Of a stretch of 64,000 bases of DNA, positions 30,081 to 39,454 are shown in pieces (position 1 is the stretch's first letter; the number at the start of each line of letters is the position of its first letter). A program made the translations under genes and the position numbers. The notes beneath the pieces were generated by a model. It was not told the origin of the DNA and did not search any database. It worked only from the letters and a program-made list of their open reading frames with translations. The DNA is from Microcoleus sp. GTDB taxonomy: Bacteria; Cyanobacteriota; Cyanobacteriia; Cyanobacteriales; Microcoleaceae. The stretch spans positions 271,756-335,755 of the forward strand of contig JAYFMW010000008.1 in assembly GCA_042408215.1 (NCBI GenBank), read 5' to 3'.

Positions 30081-30338
30081 ATACATTTGCGATTCAATCT
30101 CTTCAAAACTAACAAAACGTTCACCGGGCAACAAAATGGGTGGCGCAGCAAAAATTAGCTGGCCTCGATCGCTTCCTGGACTGACAACTACACCTGCTGG
30201 ACGCTGTATTCGATCGGAATTAACTTTGAGATATAGACCATAGACCGATCGAGCTACTCGGATCAAATCGGGAGCGAGCAACCTGAGACTCTCGGAAGTT
30301 TCTATCCTGGGTTTTGGGCTTGACTGGTATTCTGTCAC
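30078..30338 (-). CDS. Small hypothetical protein
   Basis: 86-aa ORF with GQLIF..PILLPGERF and protein-like composition. Confidence 0.55.
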   Translation of the reverse strand: MTEYQSSPKPRIETSESLRLLAPDLIRVARSVYGLYLKVNSDRIQRPAGVVVSPGSDRGQLIFAAPPILLPGERFVSFEEIESQMY

Positions 30339-30425
30339 TGGAAACTGATCATAATTGTATAGGTCTAGCTGTTGGTGTCGCCGCTAGATCGATCGAACTT
30401 ACCTTATTTTTTAACAATAGACTAG

Positions 30426-32006
30426 GTGGAAATTAATAGATTAACCTACAATCCTCCCTTGGCTGCGATCGAACTGCGACTGCGCGATCTCCTTCCGGCT
30501 GAACTGTACGCTGCTGCGTGGGTAGAGCCATCGCCGGCGACACTGATCGGCGTGTTCGAGCATCTGCGAACCCTCCGCTACATCCTCCAGGATTACGTGC
30601 CGAGGTTAGTTTCCGAATCACCCCCCCAGCCGGGCGAGGTGCGTTACCAGTGGCAAGAAGGCACGCTACTGTTCACGGATTTGGCTGGTTTTACGTCGCT
30701 GTTGGAGGCGAACGCGGCCGAGGGGCCCAAGGGAGCTGAAACCCTGCTGGGGGTCATCAACGACTATTTCGCCTCAATGATTGCAATTGTCAGCAAGTCG
30801 GGCGGAGATTTGCTGGAGTTTACAGGAGATGCCATGCTGGTGCAATTCCTGGCTGATAAACACCAACAGGATACCGCCCTGGCAGTTAGGGCCGGTTTGC
30901 GGATGCAGCGAGCAATGGCAGAATTTGCCAACATTCCAACGGCTAAAGGGGTTTTGTCTTTGAGAATGCGAGTGGGTATCCACTGCGGCCGCTACATTAG
31001 TGCTGACATCGGCACGCCCCTGCGGATGGCTCATGTGTTGCTGGGGAATGCCGTGCAGCAAGCTAAGCAAGCTGAGGGCTCTGGGACTGTGGGAAGGGTA
31101 TGTTTGACTGAAACAGCTAGTTCTGGCTTGGGAGAGCAATTTCGCTTTGAACCTGGGAAACCGGGTTATTTGTTGGTGACGGACGATTTTACTGATGCTC
31201 AACTGGGAGAGTATGAGATCACTCTGACTAGGCGGCGGATGCCGAGTTCGGTATTGCTCGATCGCAGCATTTCGGGCTTAGTCAGGGAGATCGAAGAATC
31301 TTTGAAGCGGGTTGAACCCCTTGCGAGTTATATTCCCAAACCGATTCTGACGCTGCTGGTAGAAAATGCTAACAAGCGAGGGATTCCGCCGGATTTTCCG
31401 CTCCCGACGGTGATGTTTGTCAATTTGATTGGTTTACCGGAGTCGGTGGACAAAGCAACGCCCGCCGAAGAAGCCAGCCTGGTAATCGGCTGTTCTCGCG
31501 TTTTCGCGCTGATTGATGCTGTGGTGTCAGCTAAAGGGGGCGTGTTGCAGAAAGTAACGGCTCACTTGGACGGTTCGGATCTGCTGATCTACTTTGGCGT
31601 ACCAGATGTTCACGCCGATGATGCTTGTCGTGCGGCTACTGCTGCGATTGCGATTCGAGAAATTATTGCAGGTTTGGCCCTGCTGACGATCGGCAGTAAG
31701 GAAGTTAAGATATTTTGTCAAATTGGGCTGTCCTTGGGGCCGGTGTTTGCTGCTGAGGTTGGGGAACCGCGCGGGCGACGGGAGTTTAATGTCTTGGGAG
31801 ATACGGTGAATACGGCGGCTAGATTGATGAGCAAGGCGGGGGAAAACCAAATTTTGATGACTGAAAGGGTGTTTGAGTCGATCGCCCTAGAATTCAATTG
31901 CGAGGCTTTGGGAGCGGTTTCTCTCAAGGGCAAATCGGCTCTGACTCAGATTTTTGCTCTGCACGGTGCAAAGGTGGAGAAGGGAAAAGGGGGCGATCGA
32001 TTTTAG
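30426..32006 (+). CDS. Class III nucleotidyl cyclase with two tandem catalytic domains
   Basis: C1: FTDLAGFT, GDA, RVGIHCG. C2: LQKV, IGLSLG, LGDTVNTAARL. Confidence 0.88.
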   Translation: MEINRLTYNPPLAAIELRLRDLLPAELYAAAWVEPSPATLIGVFEHLRTLRYILQDYVPRLVSESPPQPGEVRYQWQEGTLLFTDLAGFTSLLEANAAEGPKGAETLLGVINDYFASMIAIVSKSGGDLLEFTGDAMLVQFLADKHQQDTALAVRAGLRMQRAMAEFANIPTAKGVLSLRMRVGIHCGRYISADIGTPLRMAHVLLGNAVQQAKQAEGSGTVGRVCLTETASSGLGEQFRFEPGKPGYLLVTDDFTDAQLGEYEITLTRRRMPSSVLLDRSISGLVREIEESLKRVEPLASYIPKPILTLLVENANKRGIPPDFPLPTVMFVNLIGLPESVDKATPAEEASLVIGCSRVFALIDAVVSAKGGVLQKVTAHLDGSDLLIYFGVPDVHADDACRAATAAIAIREIIAGLALLTIGSKEVKIFCQIGLSLGPVFAAEVGEPRGRREFNVLGDTVNTAARLMSKAGENQILMTERVFESIALEFNCEALGAVSLKGKSALTQIFALHGAKVEKGKGGDRF

Positions 32007-32032
32007 ATTTTAGATTTATGATTTTCGATAGA

Positions 32033-32551
32033 TTAGTAATTTTCATCTAAAATCATAAATTCCGATCGATACTTCACCGTTCCGCTGCAATCCTGCAAAG
32101 CTCCACTTTCTAACTCCAACACCATAAAAGCTTCATCGGGCACATCATATTCACATTTCAAGCTCTTTCTACTAGCAGGAATGAACCCAAAACGCGAATA
32201 GAAATCTGGATTTCCCAGCACAACCACTGCCTGAAATCCCGATCGCACGCACTCTTTTAATCCCTCCCGGATCAGCAGCGATCCGATACCTTGGCGTTGA
32301 TAGTCGGGAAGAACCGCGACTGGTGCCAACCCCAGAATCGACAAATTGCTAGAACATTTCCCTGCTACCGCAACCGGACTGAATAAAAGGTGTCCGACAA
32401 TGCGATCGGATTGCACAGCAACGAAGGAAAATGTAGATGCAATTCCCCGCAAGCGATCGACTAAGTTAGCCTCATTTTCTCGCCCGAATGCCGCCATATT
32501 AACTTGGCGAATTGCCTCTATATCTTCTAGCTTTTCAGTACGAATATCCAT
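32033..32551 (-). CDS. GNAT family N-acetyltransferase (YhbS-like)
   Basis: LAPVAVLPDYQRQGIGSLLI, VVVLGNPDFYSRFGF. Confidence 0.92.
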   Translation of the reverse strand: MDIRTEKLEDIEAIRQVNMAAFGRENEANLVDRLRGIASTFSFVAVQSDRIVGHLLFSPVAVAGKCSSNLSILGLAPVAVLPDYQRQGIGSLLIREGLKECVRSGFQAVVVLGNPDFYSRFGFIPASRKSLKCEYDVPDEAFMVLELESGALQDCSGTVKYRSEFMILDENY

Positions 32552-32819
32552 AAACTCGCTCCATCACTCCACCGATTGCAGCCGCAACCTTGTACCCAAT
32601 CCGAATCCCAAAGAACCGACCGTTCGGATTCTTTTTCCGCAACTGCCGTGCTGATTCTAAACCCATTTTGTCTACTGCATAATCCCCTGTTTCTATATCA
32701 ATGATGACCATTTTGCCCAGATTTTATTCTCGCTCTACTTGTTGACGGATGTGCTCATCGTAGAGCTTCTCTGCAAGCCTTGCAACTTCTTCGCTGCTCA
32801 GCAGAATGGAGCTTTGCAT
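32535..32819 (-). pseudogene. DUF5678-like small gene with an internal stop (not in the ORF track)
   Basis: ATG 32819 gives MQSSILLSSEEVARLAEKLYDEHIRQQVERE*NLGKMVIIDIETGDYAVDK...RKKNPNGRFFGIRIG. In-frame TAA at 32724-32726. Confidence 0.65.
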
Positions 32820-32925
32820 ATTCCACCTTTCGATCGCGATATTTATCAAATTATAACGTCCCAGAAGCCTTTTTGCTCTTATTGAGCCATGTGTTGTTGG
32901 AAACAGTCGAACCGACTAACAGCGA

Positions 32926-33990
32926 TTATTGCGGGACAAGCTGACCCGAAGACAATCGCTTAATCCCCTCCATCGCTGTATTTTCTCCCGCTTTGTCACC
33001 GCCATCGCGAGCAACTTTCAAAGCTCGCTCGTAGGATTCCAGAGCTTTGGTAGATTGACCGAGACTTTCGTAAATCGCGCCCATATTGTTGAGCAAGCGT
33101 CCGACACTTGTCTTGTCACCTATTGCTTCTAACATAATCATTGCTTGCTGAAAATAGATCAGGGCTTGAGCATCTTTGCCGAGTTTGCGATAGGTAAGTG
33201 CCATATTATTGAGCAGGCGGCCGACACCCGCTCTGTCTGCTATTTCACGACGAATGGCTAAAGCTTGCTGGTAAAATTCCATCGCTTTGTTGAAATCGCC
33301 GATGTTGTAATAGATGCCGCCCATATTATTGAGGGTACGGCCTAAATCACGTCGCTCGCCATCTTTGGTGCGAATGGTTCGGGCTTGCTGGTAAAATTCG
33401 ATCGCCTTGGCATAATTTCCCTGTTCTGCGTACACAGCCCCGATATTGTGAAAGGATTCTCCAATTTCAATTTGGTCCTTGGCAGTTTTAGCAAGTTCCA
33501 AAGCCTCTTGGTGCAGTTTCATCGCTTCAGGAAAATTGTCTGCAACACGGTTGACAAAACCGATGAGATTAAGGGTGCGCGCTGTGCGACTCCCTTCGCC
33601 GATTTCTCGGTGGATGGCTAAAGCTTGGCGCAAAACTTCTAAAGCTTTAGACTGGGAAGCCGTTTCACCATAAACTTCACCGATATTGTTGAGGGTTTCT
33701 CCGATACCGGGTTTGTCCCCTAGCTGCTGGCGAATTGCCAAAACTTGTTCAAAAGTCTGGAGGGCTTCTCGAAACAAACCTTGACGGTGCTGTCCAACAC
33801 CTTTTTGAAATAGTTGGTCTGCTTGTGTTTTGAGGTCTGTTGTCTGGGCGCGATCGCTCTCTTGGACACGCCTGGGATGTATAATTGGGGCAGATGCCAG
33901 AGCCTCTGAGATTGCCAATACGCTGAGTGTGGGCGATAGGACAATAGTTATAGCTGCGACATAGCTGAAGTGGTAAGAGCGGCTGTACAC
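32926..33990 (-). CDS. Secreted tetratricopeptide repeat protein
   Basis: N-terminal hydrophobic leader and repeated TLNNIGxVY..G....A TPR units. Confidence 0.88.
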   Translation of the reverse strand: MYSRSYHFSYVAAITIVLSPTLSVLAISEALASAPIIHPRRVQESDRAQTTDLKTQADQLFQKGVGQHRQGLFREALQTFEQVLAIRQQLGDKPGIGETLNNIGEVYGETASQSKALEVLRQALAIHREIGEGSRTARTLNLIGFVNRVADNFPEAMKLHQEALELAKTAKDQIEIGESFHNIGAVYAEQGNYAKAIEFYQQARTIRTKDGERRDLGRTLNNMGGIYYNIGDFNKAMEFYQQALAIRREIADRAGVGRLLNNMALTYRKLGKDAQALIYFQQAMIMLEAIGDKTSVGRLLNNMGAIYESLGQSTKALESYERALKVARDGGDKAGENTAMEGIKRLSSGQLVPQ

Positions 33991-34208
33991 CGAACAAGTC
34001 CTCCAAAAGCCAAGTTATATAACTTTTAAGATAGAGCTCTTTGGCGTTACTCTGCCGCATTTCTTGTCAGTCACTACGTTCTGACTTTGTTCTCATCTCA
34101 CCAAACTGCTAGAATCAGCGGCACATTGTTGAGTGCGGAAACGAGAACAGCGTTTTTACTGGATGGAAGCAATGTTTTTTCTGAACTGTGCAAGTTGATG
34201 TCCTGTTT

Positions 34209-34510
34209 TTGACACTCCCCACGGCTAAAAGCCGGGGGATTCCTGCTTCATCCGTCCTCCCTAGAAAATTAAATACAAGTATTTAACTCTCCCCGTTTGG
34301 ATACGTCCACAGGCTCACACGGACGGCCCGACCGCGTTTGAAAGGTTTTATTAAACTTTCTTTTGACTCGCAGTTTTTACAAGATTTAGGATTAGCTACC
34401 AGGGTGACGGCTCGTGAGTTCTCCCCTTGACCTACTTCGCTTTTTAATTATGCGCTTTACCGCTCATTTATTGTACTTCATTTTGTCTGTACATCTCGTC
34501 TTTCATCAGG
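34209..34510 (-). mobile_element. Non-coding IS200/IS605-family mini-element with a damaged left end
   Basis: Right end gaatcccccggcttttagccgtggggagtgTCAA. Left remnant ctcgtctttcatc resembles ctcgccctttcatc at about 13297 and is followed by ataa (TTAT target). Confidence 0.7.
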
Positions 34511-34513
34511 ATA

Positions 34514-35011
34514 ATGCGATCGGGCAAAGCAGACATTGGTTTTGTTTCTCTTCCCATCTCAGATGAATTTGAAACTAGGGAAATTTTGCGGGACAAATAT
34601 CTGGTTTTGCTACCGCCGACTGCCAAATTACCAAATGCTAAGATTACTTGGGAAGAATTAGCGAATTATCCGCTGATTTTGCAGCCGCCAGAAACAGCTT
34701 GTTCGATCCAGCTTCGCAAGTATTTGACAACTTCGGAATTCCCCTTAAATGTCGGTTACGAACTCAGCGAAGATTCAACTGTCAGTATGGTGATGCAAGG
34801 TTTGGGTGCAGCAATTATACCACGTTTGGCCGCAGAACCGATACCGGCTGAGGTGAAAGTTTGCAGTTTGCCGGCAGAATTTGAAAGGATAATTGGGGTG
34901 GCTGTTTTGAGGGATGCGCTGTTAATTCCGGCCGTGTTTGCGTTTTTGGATTTAGTTACAAGTCGTGCAGAGGTTGAGAGTGAGGGCGAGTTTCCGATCG
35001 ACCCTTCATGA
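34514..35011 (+). pseudogene. LysR regulator, C-terminal substrate-binding part only (HTH missing)
   Basis: RSGKADIGF...VSMVMQGLGAAIIPRLA...RIIGVA. Begins exactly at the mini-element boundary. Confidence 0.8.
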
Positions 35012-35050
35012 GAAACCTAAGTTATTAATTATTGGTTAGATTGGGATTTT

Positions 35051-35141
35051 TCAACCGCAGATATTAGCCGATGAACACAGATGAACGCGGATGGGATTTT
35101 ATCTGCGTTTATCTGCGTTCATCTGCGGTTGAAAAAAATTC
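35051..35141. repeat. Palindromic element (aaccgcagat...atctgcggtt) duplicated with the Uma2 unit; second copy at about 35881-35971
   Basis: Direct copies 830 bp apart with internal inverted repeats. Confidence 0.8.
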
Positions 35142-35166
35142 CCATAACCAATGTGGAATAGATTGG

Positions 35167-35818
35167 CTAGTTAGATTTAGTCATCTCTTTTACCCAGTTG
35201 CGGAAATTCACCTCTGCTTCTACTTCATCTATCTGCGCTGCGGCCAAAAATTCGTACAGCTTGGACTTGGGGAGAATCGGAAAAGTGGGGCTGACAGATA
35301 CTTCCAAATACTCAGAGTTTTCTAGCTGATAAATTCGCCATTCTCTACCATCGTACCGCCAAAACTCCGGTACTCCCATACTGGCATAGAGAGCAGGCTT
35401 GTTAATATCAGTATGGGTGATGTCTATTTCTACGACTAAATCGGGTGGCGGATCTGTGGCTAGATCTACTGTACGACCGGCTACGAGGGGCTGATTTTGG
35501 ATATAATAGGCATTATCTGGTTCTGCACCGCGATTCTAGGTCCGATCGCTCCAAGGTTGTCGAACCCATTGTTTTAATCTTCAAACCTAGTTCTCTCACC
35601 AAAATCCGAATCAAAAACTCGATTAAGCGTGCCGAAAATTCGTGTTCTTCTAAAGGCATGGTAATTTCTAAAGTCCCTCGATCGAATATCAATGTGGCCG
35701 CTCGTTTATCGCCAAAAATCTTGAGCAGTTGTTGATAATCCTGCCAAGCAATATCTCTAAACACCACCCGCTGTTCGCCTATGAGTAACGGTGGTGCGAT
35801 CGGCGCAACAGAAATCAT
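35167..35818 (-). pseudogene. Uma2-family (DUF820) endonuclease, frameshifted tandem copy
   Basis: Nearly identical to 35997..36647, with one extra base at about 35536 (cgattctagg vs cgatttagg). Confidence 0.85.
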
Positions 35819-35996
35819 ATGTTTTACTTCCAGCTATGATATTTCTAGGATAACACTAGGGTCGAGCAATTTTAGATTTTTCAACCGCAGATATTAGCCG
35901 ATGAACACAGATGAACGCGGATGGGATTTTATCTGCGTTTATCTGCGTTCATCTGCGGTTAAAAAAAATTCCCATAACCAATGTGGAATAGATGGG

Positions 35997-36647
35997 CTAG
36001 TTAGATTTAGTCATCTCTTTTACCCAGTTGCGGAAATTCACCTCCGCTTCTACTTCATCTATCTGCGCTGCGGCCAAAAATTCAGAGAGCTTGGACTTGG
36101 GGAGAATCGGAAAAGTGGGGCTGACAGATACTTCTAAATACTCAGAGTTTTCTAGCTGATAAATTCGCCATTCTCTACCATCGTACCGCCAAAACTCCGG
36201 TACTCCCATACTGGCATAGAGAGCAGGCTTATTAATATCAGTATGGGTGATGTCTATTTCTACGACTAAATCGGGTGGCGGATCTGTGGCTAGATCTACT
36301 GTACGACCGGCTACGAGGGGCTGATTTTGGATATAATAGGCATTATCTGGTTCTGCACCGCGATTTAGGTCCGATCGATCTAGGGTTGTCGAACCCATTG
36401 TTTTAATCTTCAAACCTAGTTCTACAGCCAAAATAATAATCAGTCGTTCGATTAAGCGTGCCGAAAATTCGTGTTCTTCTAAAGGCATAGTAATTTCTAA
36501 AGTCCCTCGATCGAATATCAATGTGGCCGCTCGTTTATCGCCAAAAATCTTGAGCAGTTGTTGATAATCCTGCCAAGCAATATCTCTAAACACCACCCGC
36601 TGTTCGCCTATGAGTAACGGTGGTGCGATCGGCGCAACAGAAATCAT
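35997..36647 (-). CDS. Uma2-family (DUF820) putative endonuclease
   Basis: GAEPDNAYYI, PPDLVVEIDIT, YASMGVPEFWRYDG. Confidence 0.9.
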   Translation of the reverse strand: MISVAPIAPPLLIGEQRVVFRDIAWQDYQQLLKIFGDKRAATLIFDRGTLEITMPLEEHEFSARLIERLIIILAVELGLKIKTMGSTTLDRSDLNRGAEPDNAYYIQNQPLVAGRTVDLATDPPPDLVVEIDITHTDINKPALYASMGVPEFWRYDGREWRIYQLENSEYLEVSVSPTFPILPKSKLSEFLAAAQIDEVEAEVNFRNWVKEMTKSN

Positions 36648-36777
36648 ATGTTTTACTTCCAGCTATGATATTTATAGGATAACATAAGAAACAGGCTCTC
36701 CGGCCTGTTCCACAACTCACAAATTATTGATTGTGGAACGGGCCGGAGAGCCCGTTCCTAAAAATAATCAACAAATT

Positions 36778-37470
36778 CTATTTGCTCCGATCTGTTCTCT
36801 GCCGCAAAATAAATTCAGCTAGTGCTAAATCAACGGGCGTTGTCACTTTCAAATTCGTCTCTTCTCCCTCCACAATTCGTACTGGTAAACCGCATTTTTC
36901 AAACAAAGCCGCATCGTCTGTAACTTCCCAACCTTTCTCTCGCCCTTCTTCGTGACACTGCTTTAACAATTTCACTTCAAATCCTTGGGGAGTCTGGGCC
37001 GCCCACAAATTGCTTCTTTCCGGTGTGTCTCGCACGATTCGACGCTCATCCACCACCTTAATCGTATCCTTGACCGGGATGGCGACAATTAAGCCTGGAC
37101 AGCGCAAAAGTGCCTCTGCGGAGCGATCGAACAATTCAGGAGTTGCCAAACATCGGGCCCCGTCGTGTATCAAAACTCGATCGCTCTCTGGTGGTAAAGC
37201 CTGCAAACCGTTGTAAACTGACTCTTGTCTGGTTGCACCTCCTTGAATCAGTTCGATCGGCTTTTGCGGAGATAAATCCCTGATAATTGCTTGAAAATCA
37301 GGAAAATCCTCTGGCTGGCCCATGATACCAATCCAGCTAATCTGCTGGGAAGCCTCAGCAGCAGCCAAAGTCCAACTCAGCAAAGGTTTTCCCAGCAAAG
37401 TCAGCAGCAGTTTGTTACGCTGACTACCCATCCGTCGCCCCGAACCCGCCGCAGGAATTAATAAGTGCAT
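36778..37470 (-). CDS. ispD: 2-C-methyl-D-erythritol 4-phosphate cytidylyltransferase
   Basis: PAAGSGRRM, GGATRQESV, VLIHDGAR, AAQTPQGF, TDDA, NLKVTTPVD. Confidence 0.96.
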   Translation of the reverse strand: MHLLIPAAGSGRRMGSQRNKLLLTLLGKPLLSWTLAAAEASQQISWIGIMGQPEDFPDFQAIIRDLSPQKPIELIQGGATRQESVYNGLQALPPESDRVLIHDGARCLATPELFDRSAEALLRCPGLIVAIPVKDTIKVVDERRIVRDTPERSNLWAAQTPQGFEVKLLKQCHEEGREKGWEVTDDAALFEKCGLPVRIVEGEETNLKVTTPVDLALAEFILRQRTDRSK

Positions 37471-37639
37471 TTACTAACTGTTTTTAATCCAACTACCTAT
37501 ATATAATAAGAGCGTCCTGTACTCTTCAATCAGTTGTTTAGTTGTCAGCCAGTAGCTTTTAAAGTCTATAAATACTATAAGCTGATAGCTGAGAGCCGAT
37601 CGCTGAGAGCTACTTTGTATAGATAATAGCCGATCGTTT

Positions 37640-38605
37640 ATGATGCGAATACTAGCACTTGTCCCTGGCGGGATTGGCGACCAAATTTTATTTTTCCCCA
37701 CCCTCGATGACCTCAAGCAGTCTTATCCAGAGGCTCAGATTGATGTCATCGTGGAACCGAGGGCAAAAAGTGCTTACCGAGTCTGCAAGTCTGTCAAAGA
37801 AGTCTTGACCTACAATTTCAAAGACCGCAATTCTATGGCGGATTGGGGTAATTTACTGGGCATAATTCGCGATCGCGAATACGAAGCAGTAATTTCTCTC
37901 GGCCAGCGGTGGAGTGTCGGACTTTTGCTATGGCTGACAGGCATTCCCCAAAGAGTTGGCTATTCTGGAAACAACAATGGTCTATTTCTCACCAATCCCG
38001 TACCGCTGAAAACTGAACAGTACGCAGCTCCAATGTACCACGATTTGCTGCAAGGATTCAAGATTAAAAATCCTTGTCCGCCACTAGCAATTAATGTACC
38101 AAAAATGGACATTCAGTGGGCAGAAGCGGAACAGCAACGGTTGGGCATTAAAGAAAGCGGTTACATTCTAATTCACGGCGGATCTAGTCAGTTAGCTCTG
38201 TCTAAAGGTATTGACAAAATTTACCCGATCGACAGTTGGAAAGAAATAATTGAAGATTGTCAGCAGCGGCAGCCAAATTTGCCCGTGGTTGTGGTTAAAG
38301 GGCCCGAAGATGCTGATTTTGTGACAGAACTAATTAAGTTGTGTCCGAAGGTGAAAGTTACATCGCCCGATGATGTTGGCAAGTTAGCTGCGACAATTGC
38401 TGCTGCTAATTTGATGATGTGTACTGACAGTGCACCGATGCACTTAGCTGTAGCAGTTCAAACTTATACAATAGCTTTGTTCGGCCCCACTGAACCGGCG
38501 AAATTACTGCCCAAGAGCGATCGCTTTTTGGGCATTAAATCTCCTACGGGCAAAATGGCGGACATCTCTCCTCAAGATGTTTTAAAGAAAGTTTGGGGCG
38601 GCTAA
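37640..38605 (+). CDS. Glycosyltransferase family 9 (heptosyltransferase-like)
   Basis: GGIGDQIL, ILIHGG, DSAPMHLAVA, ALFGPT. Confidence 0.9.
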   Translation: MMRILALVPGGIGDQILFFPTLDDLKQSYPEAQIDVIVEPRAKSAYRVCKSVKEVLTYNFKDRNSMADWGNLLGIIRDREYEAVISLGQRWSVGLLLWLTGIPQRVGYSGNNNGLFLTNPVPLKTEQYAAPMYHDLLQGFKIKNPCPPLAINVPKMDIQWAEAEQQRLGIKESGYILIHGGSSQLALSKGIDKIYPIDSWKEIIEDCQQRQPNLPVVVVKGPEDADFVTELIKLCPKVKVTSPDDVGKLAATIAAANLMMCTDSAPMHLAVAVQTYTIALFGPTEPAKLLPKSDRFLGIKSPTGKMADISPQDVLKKVWGG

Positions 38606-38737
38606 AAACTAGCTAGTTCCCAGGCTCTACCTGGTTCGGCCTGGGAACGAGGACAATTTCTTCAGTCTCGCGTTGCGCGGACTTGGCTGGTGTAGACGCG
38701 ATTTCAATCGCCGAGTTATATCAAATATAATACAACT

Positions 38738-39319
38738 ATGAAACGAGCAGTATTTCTTGACAGAGATGGCGTATTAAATATCGAAGCCGGCTACATTCAC
38801 CAAGTAGAAGATTTGCATTTAATCCCCGGAGTAGCTGAAGCTGTACGCAAATTAAATGACCAACAAATATTTTGCTGTCTGGTTTCCAATCAATCGGGGC
38901 CGGCGAGGGGTTATTATCCGCTTAGCCACGTAGAAGCTTTGCACAAACGTCTCTGTCAGTTATTAGAAAATGAAGCAGGAGCAAAATTAGATGCTCTTTA
39001 TTATTGTCCTTATTTGAGCGAAGCAGAAGGCGGAACTAACCCAGAATTTACGCGGTATACAACTTGGCGAAAACCGAATACAGGGATGTTGGTAGCCGCC
39101 GCTTGGGAACAGGATTTAGATTTGCGAAATAGTTTTATGGTGGGGGATAAAGCAACAGATATAGATCTGGCACACAATGCCGGCTGTATTGGTATTTTGG
39201 TGCAGACTGGTTACGGTGAAAGTGTGTTGAGTGGGGAATATCAGCACCATACTAAACCGGATTTTATTGCAGCAAATTTAGCCGCAGCGGTTGAGTGGAT
39301 TTTGCCCAATTTTGATTAG
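38738..39319 (+). CDS. gmhB: HAD-IIIA phosphatase (D,D-heptose-1,7-bisphosphate phosphatase-like)
   Basis: FLDRDGVLN, VSNQSG, RKPNTGM, MVGDKATD. Confidence 0.8.
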   Translation: MKRAVFLDRDGVLNIEAGYIHQVEDLHLIPGVAEAVRKLNDQQIFCCLVSNQSGPARGYYPLSHVEALHKRLCQLLENEAGAKLDALYYCPYLSEAEGGTNPEFTRYTTWRKPNTGMLVAAAWEQDLDLRNSFMVGDKATDIDLAHNAGCIGILVQTGYGESVLSGEYQHHTKPDFIAANLAAAVEWILPNFD

Positions 39320-39349
39320 TTAGGACTTACGCACATACTCTACTTGTTG

Positions 39350-39454
39350 ATATCTAGTCCGGTTGAATAGTTATAATACTTTTGTCCGACCATGCCCTAT
39401 GCCCTATGTCCTATGCCCGTACAGGATTTATCAGCAATTAACCGAACTTGATAT
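39350..39454. mobile_element. MITE-like element that supplies the stop codon of the hybrid kinase
   Basis: Termini atatctagtccggtt...aaccgaacttgatat with an internal atgccct repeat. Contains the TAA at 39438-39440. Confidence 0.65.

Noticed and set aside
35581..35630. Diversity-generating retroelement TR/VR pair in the Uma2 copies or WD40 repeats
   Set aside because: Substitutions are not adenine-specific and no reverse transcriptase is in the window.
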